Part shown: positions 27,101 to 33,702 of the stretch, piece after piece
Layout of the letters: each line of letters opens with the position of its first letter
Position numbering within the stretch: the first letter of the stretch is position 1
Program-made: the position numbers and the translations under genes
IMG/VR virus record: IMGVR_UViG_3300022695_000109
Coordinates: 1-33,702 of that record
Reading direction: 5' to 3' (one strand)
Source of the DNA: a virus
Taxonomy: Duplodnaviria > Caudoviricetes
Length of the DNA: 33,702 nt
The notes under the pieces: generated by a model
What the model saw: the letters and a program-made list of their open reading frames with translations, nothing else
What the model was told of the DNA's origin: nothing
The model's database searches: none

Positions 27101-28025
27101 AGGACGCAATGGCGCAAAACAAGTCAGTGAAATCTCAGGGCAAGACCCCTTCGCAAATAGTCCTTTCGACGCTGCGCAGGGTGGAGGAAACGGATCACAA
27201 GTTAACGGCGGTCGAGGGGAAAATGGTTCGCCAGGCGCTACACCGCAGAGCGGGGGATCCCCCGAAATCCAGCAAGCCTTAAAGGGGACGAAGATCGCTG
27301 ATAAAAAGGGAAACCCGATCGTGGTTTACCACAGCACGCACAGCGACGTGGCCCCGGCCTTCACGGCGCACCGTCCTGGGGGTGGTGCAAACGAGGGCAA
27401 AAAAAACGCGGCCGGGGTGTATTTCTCAAGCAACAAAGGCTTTTCAAAGTTTTTCGGGCCGAACACATACGAGTATTATATTGATGTTAAAAACCCGTTA
27501 GTTATCGAAGGCCGAGGGCGCCTCGAAAAACTTATTGACGCGCTGCGCGGAGCGAAAGGGAAAAAGGCCGCGCGGAAATTTATGTTCGACCAGTCAAACA
27601 CAACAAAATATATCAGCGCCGACGACGTGGCACGGCTGAAAGCCCAGGGCTACGATGGGATCGTTAACGACGCGGCAAACGAAATTATTGTGTTCGACCC
27701 TGCGCAAATACACGAGGCGAAGGCGGTGCAGAGCGAAGCAACCCCCGCAGGGCAACAAACCTTAATCCAGGGCGTTGCGCCAATAACACAAAAGGACCGG
27801 CTTCAATCTGCCCAGAACCAGCCGATGCAGGGCGGGGCCGCCCCAGCCGGCGGGCTGTTTGACGAGGCCGCCCGGGCCCAAATGGATTTGCTCGACATGG
27901 TGCCGCTTGAGGATACTGCCCCGAATGGGGACACGTCCACTCGGACGGTTTCCCGAGCGGATCTTGCAAAAGAGTTGGATGCGGCGGATAACTTCGTTGA
28001 ACAGTTGGGGGTTTGCGTCAGATGA
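24129..28025 (+). CDS. Polyvalent internal virion protein with ParB-like, zeta-toxin-like kinase and ADP-ribosyltransferase (ART-PolyVal-like) domains
   Basis: IVDGHQR (ParB/Srx); IILGPPAAGKS...VDADEIK...VHEES...GYSV...RFVSTGRLIP (zeta); PIVVYHST...GVYFS...VKNPL...GYDGIV...EIIVFDPAQI (ART). Confidence 0.82.
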   Translation: MTGLLSYQKPEFPGYTAGPGISAGTAFDASFGYSQRFLELTNQWQQGKRALAPFTGFIQGELKKHKGDPKFDAVATSLQEPAMGTPTGQVVYGWTENPAKWEKARLQLADMGVKNPAPGMADYTVAQSQINQAEQAKLQHNFYTGLLDRAYGAGAKAGSLAGSFGAGMDNIEVVATMPIGASARVGIAATMLTEAAVGGASAVPVAVQSNTYLRSLGFKGDGVASQVVNTALLSGLMGGAFKGIPGSVKVAKGLVKALKKSPAPEAKLAAKIIQVDTQTAEAAAPSGAPTSVQEAQDRANMAAVALHDAAPADMPDRPLLATQPDATQVTVPGALEMIPVDTLKVEPDKFQFKSAVVASGGVTKKLLDVKKWLDSLAGRIVVFEYKDGTRSIVDGHQRVALAKRIMQQDPSQKIHIPGEVMREADGFTVEDARVAGAAKNIAESADGISGKLAMDAAKIFRIDPKTLHEKVRAMVENLPSGPGIKKARDLARLSEDAFSLAINQVIPENYAAAIGRLVPDQRLHEPIARLIEKTKPENQTQAESIITQAKDTPVSQEKTVDLFGSHTVTESLFLERAKVLDRAIKMLREDRALFKTLTEDAARAEAVKGNKLNKKSNEEIRREVEKALAVIQANAHRAGPISEALNVAAKEYKKTGKIKAAAEKVSRAVRNEVQRNGLNGGSLGGEQPNAKSAIPSQIAPDTAQRFSDPINGEGVKGQVAATKIADKPREAFSTDAAARADLQKKIDAGAPRSEIDNHPAVVDAVKKMGDIPETVNSDGYGTLAWHEKRHYVVDGKTIVGTQNALDGWVSKSKTLAADETGIPAQPVENGAEATIILGPPAAGKSGIGNKIALARKAAIVDADEIKKTLPEFQGGIGANAVHEESSHLTAVVEGVLMGEKTNVVIPKVGASEASISKVIARYKAAGYSVKLVNMDVTPENAYRRMIGRFVSTGRLIPPKYMAEVGSRPTDTFMKLKKQGVADGYGRIDNNGGRNGAKQVSEISGQDPFANSPFDAAQGGGNGSQVNGGRGENGSPGATPQSGGSPEIQQALKGTKIADKKGNPIVVYHSTHSDVAPAFTAHRPGGGANEGKKNAAGVYFSSNKGFSKFFGPNTYEYYIDVKNPLVIEGRGRLEKLIDALRGAKGKKAARKFMFDQSNTTKYISADDVARLKAQGYDGIVNDAANEIIVFDPAQIHEAKAVQSEATPAGQQTLIQGVAPITQKDRLQSAQNQPMQGGAAPAGGLFDEAARAQMDLLDMVPLEDTAPNGDTSTRTVSRADLAKELDAADNFVEQLGVCVR

Positions 28026-30469
28026 GTATTCGGGATTGCATTAACAGCGCGGTTTCTGCCGGCGAAATGAACAAGGAAAAGGCCGATCGTATTTTGAAAG
28101 AATATGACGACGTTTTCGCTTCGATGAAAGACAACATGGGGCACACGGCGGCCGAGGCCGAGGCTGCGCGGGCTGTTGTTGCCAGCGCCACAGAGGATGC
28201 CTTCCAGCGGCGCCGGGTGGCACAGCTTCAAGCCGCCACAGTTAAGCGCCAGACCACTCGGCTGATGGAGTACAAAACGCCGGGGGGCAAACCCGACGCT
28301 GGTAATTTCCTCATTGATCTTATTAACACAAACCACGGAGCCAAAGGCGAAACGCTATATGGGCGTTACGACGCAATCCGGCGCCGCGCGCGGGCCGCTT
28401 TGACCGACATAATCCGGCCGACAAAGCGAAATATCCTGACAGCCAGGCGCAACGTGGAACTTGTTCACAACGTCGAAAAGGAATTGTTTGGGACCCCTAG
28501 CGGGGACAAACAGGCGGCCCGTCTGGCGAATACCTGGCTGACGGTTGCCGAAGACTTGCGCGGCCGGTTTAACGCGGCCGGCGGAAAGATTAAAAAACTC
28601 AAGGGGTGGGGGCTTCCGCAACATCACGACCCAAGAAAGATTTTCAAAGAGGGTTACGACGCCTGGCGCCAGTATATCCTAGACCGGCTTGACCTGGGGA
28701 AAATGAACGAAGCCAGGGGCGGCGTGCCTCTCACGCCCAAATCTATCGAGGTTCTTATTAGAGACGCTTACGACGCGATCACAACGGACGGGCTTGCCCG
28801 GCTGAAAGATACGGGGTCGGCGTCGCGGGGGCGCGCGCTACACAACCGCAAGACGGACCACAGGTTTTTCATTTTCAAAGACGCCCAGTCGTGGCGCGAG
28901 TACAATATGAAATTCGGGGACGGGATGGACGCGGTTGACGTGATGCTTGAGCATGTGGACGTTATGGCCCGCGACACGGCCATGATGGAGGTTTTAGGCC
29001 CGAACCCTGACGCCGGGTTTCAGTATCTTAAACAGGCGGCGGAAAAACTGGACGTGCAGCGCCGGGGGCCGAAGGGCTTGGACCACGCTCGGAACAGGGG
29101 GAGTGAGGCGTCAAACCTTTTGTCGATGTTCAAAGGGGAAATGAACGTCCCGGGGAATAGGACTTTCGCTGTTGTTATGTCGACAATCCGGCAATGGGAA
29201 GTCGCGTCTAAGCTTGGCTCGGCCGTCTTTTCTTCTATCTCGGATCTAAACGCGGGGCGCCTTACTGCGTCAATGGTCGGCATGTCTCAGACCGCGCCGG
29301 TCCGAAAGCTGGCGACCATGTTATCAAGCCCTGGAACAAGATCCGAAATGAACGACGCCGGTATTATCTTTGAAAACGCCGTGGATCTAGCAAACGCAGC
29401 TGCGCGTCAAACAATGGAAGACTTCACCATTCGCCCGGCCGCTAGGCTTTCCGACTTCACGGTGAGGTTTACGGGTCTGGGCGCGCTTACGGAGGCGAAC
29501 AGAATGGCGTTTGGCGCGGCGTTTATGAACCACGCGGCAAAACTCAAGGGCGTGCCGTTTGAGAAATTGCATCCGAAGTTTCAGAGGACGCTCGACGCCT
29601 ACGGGATTGGCAAGGTCGGGTGGGAAGCTATCCGGAAAGCCAAAGACTACACGTCGCCCCAGGGCTTGAAATTGCTGCGCTTTCAGGAAGTAGAGGCGGC
29701 GGCCGGCCGCGCTCTTGCCGATCGCTGGCTTGAAATGCAAGCGTCCCTAATTGAATTCGCGGTCCCGTCACATTCGCCAAGAGGCAAGGCTATGTTGTCC
29801 GGCAAAAAGGGGACCGTCCTCGGGGAAACCGCCTCAAGCTTCATGCTGTTCAAGGGGTTTTCCGTTGCGCTGATGTTTTCTCACGTTTCGCACGTTGTTC
29901 GCGAAGCCCAGGCCGGGCGCCCGGTGTCGGCGCTGAGTTATCTGGCAAGCTTTATGATTGGGAACACGCTGTTGGGCGGCATTGCGCTTCAACTAAAAGC
30001 GATGAAAGACGGGAAGGACCCTCGGGATATGACCACGCCGGCTTTCTGGGGCCAAGCCTTTATGCAAGGCGGCGGCCTGGGGATCATGGGCGACTTTCTG
30101 TTTTCCGATCAGAACCACTATGGCGGCGGGTTCGGGCAAACGGTGGTCGGGCCGGTCGGCGGCCTATTCAGCGATGTTGTGGGAACCGCTCAAAAGGCGG
30201 CGGCAGGTAAAAACGTGGGCAGCAACGTCATTCGCCTGTTGAGGACAAACATTCCGGGCGGGGCTAACTGGCAATATAAGCTCATTTTAGAGCGCGAAAT
30301 CTGGGATCAACTTCAATCGGTTGTCGACCCACATGCCTCAAGAGCCTGGCGCCGAAAAATAAGCAATACAAAAAAATATGACACACGCTATTTTTGGCGG
30401 CCCGGTCGGTCTATACTCGGAGGCGACAAAGTGAGGCCGCCAAACCTAAGCAACGCCCTCGGGCAATAA
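28022..30469 (+). CDS. Large internal virion/ejection protein (epsilon15/BPP-1-like)
   Basis: ATGA-coupled start MSIRDCI; WGLPQHHD, LGPNP and GKDPRDM...AFMQGGGLGIMGDFLF motifs. Confidence 0.8.
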   Translation: MSIRDCINSAVSAGEMNKEKADRILKEYDDVFASMKDNMGHTAAEAEAARAVVASATEDAFQRRRVAQLQAATVKRQTTRLMEYKTPGGKPDAGNFLIDLINTNHGAKGETLYGRYDAIRRRARAALTDIIRPTKRNILTARRNVELVHNVEKELFGTPSGDKQAARLANTWLTVAEDLRGRFNAAGGKIKKLKGWGLPQHHDPRKIFKEGYDAWRQYILDRLDLGKMNEARGGVPLTPKSIEVLIRDAYDAITTDGLARLKDTGSASRGRALHNRKTDHRFFIFKDAQSWREYNMKFGDGMDAVDVMLEHVDVMARDTAMMEVLGPNPDAGFQYLKQAAEKLDVQRRGPKGLDHARNRGSEASNLLSMFKGEMNVPGNRTFAVVMSTIRQWEVASKLGSAVFSSISDLNAGRLTASMVGMSQTAPVRKLATMLSSPGTRSEMNDAGIIFENAVDLANAAARQTMEDFTIRPAARLSDFTVRFTGLGALTEANRMAFGAAFMNHAAKLKGVPFEKLHPKFQRTLDAYGIGKVGWEAIRKAKDYTSPQGLKLLRFQEVEAAAGRALADRWLEMQASLIEFAVPSHSPRGKAMLSGKKGTVLGETASSFMLFKGFSVALMFSHVSHVVREAQAGRPVSALSYLASFMIGNTLLGGIALQLKAMKDGKDPRDMTTPAFWGQAFMQGGGLGIMGDFLFSDQNHYGGGFGQTVVGPVGGLFSDVVGTAQKAAAGKNVGSNVIRLLRTNIPGGANWQYKLILEREIWDQLQSVVDPHASRAWRRKISNTKKYDTRYFWRPGRSILGGDKVRPPNLSNALGQ

Positions 30470-30482
30470 TGGAGGCAGAAAA

Positions 30483-30758
30483 ATGGCACGAAACCAGGTC
30501 CTTTTATCAATCGGCTCAAGCTGGACAGAGATAACCAACGGCGACGTTTCCCAGGTCAAATTCCAGGTGCAATCTGAGGCCGCCTATATCGCTTATACGG
30601 TGGGGTCAACTACCCCCACGGTCGACGGGGTTCTCTACACGGCCCCCTATGGCGAAAACGGGTATCTCATCGACCTGTCTGCCTTGACCGGCGCAAACCG
30701 CATATGGGCGAAATCGGCTACAGGGACAAACGCCAACATTCTCATCGACCACGCATAA
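30483..30758 (+). CDS. Small beta-rich virion protein, possible spike/fibre base
   Basis: GGAGG RBS; beta-strand pattern ending RIWAKS; precedes the fibre gene. Confidence 0.55.
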   Translation: MARNQVLLSIGSSWTEITNGDVSQVKFQVQSEAAYIAYTVGSTTPTVDGVLYTAPYGENGYLIDLSALTGANRIWAKSATGTNANILIDHA

Positions 30759-30769
30759 GGATCAAACCC

Positions 30770-32983
30770 ATGCAAACGCCTCTTGCTGTTCTTAGCCCGT
30801 ATCGGGGCGCGCCGTATTTTAACCGAGGTACGGGCTATGCCCTCGAAGGCGTTACCCCGCCATTCATCGTAGACGTACCGCGCGGGAAGTACAGCAGCGG
30901 GGCGCTCCGCACAATGTCAGCCGTTCTCCCCTCCTCCCGCACCACTGGACAGACCTGCATTGACAGCGACGGGGTGTTGAAGTGGGGGCTGCATAATCTG
31001 TTGAAGTGGAGTAATGACTTTACTAATGCAGCTTGGACGTTATCTACGGGAACCACACTGGTTTCTTCGGGGGATTGGTTTAAGTTGGTTCTCCCTTCTA
31101 TATCATCGTCTAGCATTGGTGTATCACAAAGTGCTGTTCCTAATGATGGAAACTCCTATTCTATTTCGGTTGAAGCGGAGGCGGTTGAGAAGTCAATTCT
31201 CGGCATTGCTGTTACAAACGATGCAGGGTTTACAACAACCGCAAGTTTTAACCTATCTACTGGGTCGGTTATTGCCGTTGGTTCCCATCCATCTTCGTCT
31301 GTAAACCCAACGGCGGCGATAGCAATCGGAAGTAATGGAGGCTGGCTATGCACCCTTTCAGCAGACGAATTTATTGCAGAGTCAGTCGTACACTTCACTT
31401 GCGCAGACTCTATATCTAGCCCATATAACAGAAATATAAATTCAGATGGTATTGGTGGTATCAATATTCGTAACCCGCGCGTTTATCGTTCAGACCTTGG
31501 CGGGATGCAGCTTGACAGTGACGGATCGGACTATCTCGAAACAACCACAGCCCCCGCCTATGCAGCTTGCAGGGACTATACAGACCCCACGAACCCAGTG
31601 ATCCAGAGTTGGGACGGGCGGACTAATTTGTTTCCCATGTCTGACCAGTTCGACCAAAATGTGTCACCCTATTGGTCATATGCTAGTATCACGGTAACTG
31701 CTAACGCGGCAGTCTCACCAGACGGGGCCACCAACGCCGACAAGTTTATACCGAACAACGCCGCTGGAACAGCCTACATTGTTGATCGGGGAAAGATAAC
31801 ATCTACAGGAACGTACACTGCCAGCGTCTATGCAAAAGCTGGAGAGTTTACGTCCACGCGGCTTGATATGTACTCTGCGGAGGACTCGACAACCACCACG
31901 ACTTTTGACCTATCAACAGGAACCGTGACATCAGGGGCGGGTGTTATAAAAAGTGTTGGTTCAGGTTGGTATCGTTGTTCTCTCACCAAGACCTTTACAG
32001 GGCTTACAGCGGTTCAAGTCCAGATCGCGAGGAACACGGTTACAGGAGATGGCACCTCCGGCATTTACATCTACGGCGCTCAACTCGAAGCAGGCCCCTC
32101 CGCCTCCCCCTATATCCCCACAACCACAGCAGCGGTGTCCCGTGGTGCAGACGATATTCAAGGGGTGCCAGTTGGTGACGGTGTGGAGCTGGTTCCTAAT
32201 GGTGACTTCACGGTATCGACAGGGTGGACACCTGACACCGGATGGTCAATAGCTTCAGGTATCGCGTCTTGTGACGGAACGCAAACAGGAGCAACCGACC
32301 TTTACCGCACAGATGTTTCCGTAACTGACGGGCTTAGTTACAGAATGACGATTGACGTGTCTAACCTCACGGCAGGCACAATTAAAATCATTCTGAAAGG
32401 TAATGAGTCTGCGGTAATATCGGCTAATGGATCACATACGTTTGATTTTTCAAGTCTCGTTACAGCAGGCAGCAGATCAGGCGTTAGAGCAGACGCTTCA
32501 TTCGTAGGTGACATAGACAACGTATCCGTCCAAGAACTCCTCCCGTTTGCAGGGTACAGTCAATCGGTTGGGACTATGGTGGTTGAGGGTTACACCGACA
32601 CACCCGCAGCGGCAGCGGCACGGTTGTTTGATCTTAGCGATGGGACAAACAGTAACAGGCACATAAACTATATATCTTCCGGCGGGATAAACTTCCTATC
32701 ACAAGCCGCCGGGGCCATTCAAGCACTTTTGTCTTCCACGGTTACCGCAACCTCTGGGATGAACATAAGAGCGGTGTCGTCATATAAAGTTAACGACTTT
32801 GCTTTCACCGTTAACGGGGAAGCCGTAATCCTAGACACGACAGGTAGTGTGAGCGCGGTAACTACGTTTGGGTTTGGCGTTAGGTATGACGGTACGCAAC
32901 ACACTAACGGCGGCATATCCCTTGCGGTGTACTGGCCCATCCGAGCATCCAACCCGTCCCTTGTAACAGAAAGCGGGAAGTAA
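30770..32983 (+). CDS. Multi-domain fibre / receptor-binding protein (head-spike-fibre-like, carbohydrate-binding and LamG-like domains)
   Basis: Likely start MQTPL after AAGGA; two NL...S..F....W modules, GAQLEAG..ASPYIPTT, ELVPNGDF...IDNVSVQE and a ConA/LamG-like C-terminus. Confidence 0.75.
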   Translation: MQTPLAVLSPYRGAPYFNRGTGYALEGVTPPFIVDVPRGKYSSGALRTMSAVLPSSRTTGQTCIDSDGVLKWGLHNLLKWSNDFTNAAWTLSTGTTLVSSGDWFKLVLPSISSSSIGVSQSAVPNDGNSYSISVEAEAVEKSILGIAVTNDAGFTTTASFNLSTGSVIAVGSHPSSSVNPTAAIAIGSNGGWLCTLSADEFIAESVVHFTCADSISSPYNRNINSDGIGGINIRNPRVYRSDLGGMQLDSDGSDYLETTTAPAYAACRDYTDPTNPVIQSWDGRTNLFPMSDQFDQNVSPYWSYASITVTANAAVSPDGATNADKFIPNNAAGTAYIVDRGKITSTGTYTASVYAKAGEFTSTRLDMYSAEDSTTTTTFDLSTGTVTSGAGVIKSVGSGWYRCSLTKTFTGLTAVQVQIARNTVTGDGTSGIYIYGAQLEAGPSASPYIPTTTAAVSRGADDIQGVPVGDGVELVPNGDFTVSTGWTPDTGWSIASGIASCDGTQTGATDLYRTDVSVTDGLSYRMTIDVSNLTAGTIKIILKGNESAVISANGSHTFDFSSLVTAGSRSGVRADASFVGDIDNVSVQELLPFAGYSQSVGTMVVEGYTDTPAAAAARLFDLSDGTNSNRHINYISSGGINFLSQAAGAIQALLSSTVTATSGMNIRAVSSYKVNDFAFTVNGEAVILDTTGSVSAVTTFGFGVRYDGTQHTNGGISLAVYWPIRASNPSLVTESGK

Positions 32984-32984
32984 A

Positions 32985-33425
32985 ATGACCACCATAATGC
33001 TACACGCCCCCGACAAAGCCACGATGGACAAGGCACTTCTGAAGTACAAGGTGCTTGAAACCCGGCAAGACGAGAACGGTGTGGACTATCTAACCCCCGC
33101 CAAGACCTTCGAAGTCACTGGATACAAGGGCAGTATCCTTCCGCCCATATGGTCCACCAAACCCGTCTACGCACTGGACGGGACCCTAACCACTCCCGGC
33201 GTTGAGATAAGCGGCTTCTCGTGCAACGTGCTGGACACTCGCGGCGTGCTTGAAACTTGGACCACGGACCCAGCTACAGGCGTGCAAACCCACACATTCG
33301 GCACATACAGCGTCCCTAATGCCGATCCCATGCTCCCCCCGACCGTGTTGCCGATCGACTGGCCCGCAATGGGTGTCGCTTGGGTTGACCCTGCGCCGAT
33401 AAAAACCCCCGCGCAAAGCTGGTAA
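32985..33425 (+). CDS. Hypothetical fibre-associated protein
   Basis: Directly follows the fibre gene; Pro/Thr-rich, ends V.P..TP...W. Confidence 0.65.
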   Translation: MTTIMLHAPDKATMDKALLKYKVLETRQDENGVDYLTPAKTFEVTGYKGSILPPIWSTKPVYALDGTLTTPGVEISGFSCNVLDTRGVLETWTTDPATGVQTHTFGTYSVPNADPMLPPTVLPIDWPAMGVAWVDPAPIKTPAQSW

Positions 33426-33441
33426 ATGGAAAGGCGTTCTA

Positions 33442-33669
33442 ATGATACACCGAGTAGTGAAGATAATAACCCCAGCCGACACATTCCACGGTACGCTGGG
33501 CGTCGGTGCTGTGCTTAACGGGGTATGGATGGACTTGCTGAACCCCATCATTCAGATCGCCCTTACCATCGGCGGTGCAGTTTATCTCTACTACATGATC
33601 CGAGCGAAACGGATGGAGTGGAAACTCAAGCGAATAGAATATGAGAGGCAGATCGGGGGCAAGCAATGA
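33442..33669 (+). CDS. Small membrane protein, holin-like
   Basis: One or two hydrophobic helices and a basic C-terminus; in the circular genome it lies two genes upstream of the endolysin. Confidence 0.55.
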   Translation: MIHRVVKIITPADTFHGTLGVGAVLNGVWMDLLNPIIQIALTIGGAVYLYYMIRAKRMEWKLKRIEYERQIGGKQ

Positions 33670-33702
33670 AATTCTTGCTCACGGCCTTTATTCTCATGCA
33701 GA
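33604..33702. repeat. Terminal direct repeat, copy 2
   Basis: Identical to 1-99. Confidence 0.95.

Noticed and set aside
30770-33425. Diversity-generating retroelement, suggested by the BPP-1-like virion module
   Set aside because: No reverse transcriptase ORF and no adenine-mismatched TR/VR repeat pair seen; the fibre repeats are similar only at protein level.

Overview
The window is an apparently complete, circularly assembled ~33.6 kb podovirus-type phage genome; the first 99 nt recur exactly at 33604-33702. An alphaproteobacterial host is inferred, not shown. A leftward early arm (7478 to 1672) encodes an LPD29-domain protein, a RecE-like PD-(D/E)XK exonuclease, a Sak4-like AAA ATPase and many small genes, including a tandem paralog pair. 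A divergent control region lies at about 7480-7585. The rightward arm encodes a replication initiator with an internal iteron-like tract, TerS, VRR-NUC, TerL, portal, scaffold, major capsid, tail tube A and B, four ejection proteins in an epsilon15/BPP-1-like order, a multi-domain fibre and a lysis cassette. I recognise no integrase, CI repressor, DNA or RNA polymerase, tRNA, CRISPR array or reverse transcriptase. The most notable element is a 1298-aa ejection-locus protein with ParB-like, zeta-toxin-like kinase and ADP-ribosyltransferase domains, a probable injected polyvalent effector. Also notable are a candidate ~80-nt sRNA between scaffold and capsid and a tail nozzle with three accessory domains. 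All family calls come from motif recognition by eye, without database searches.
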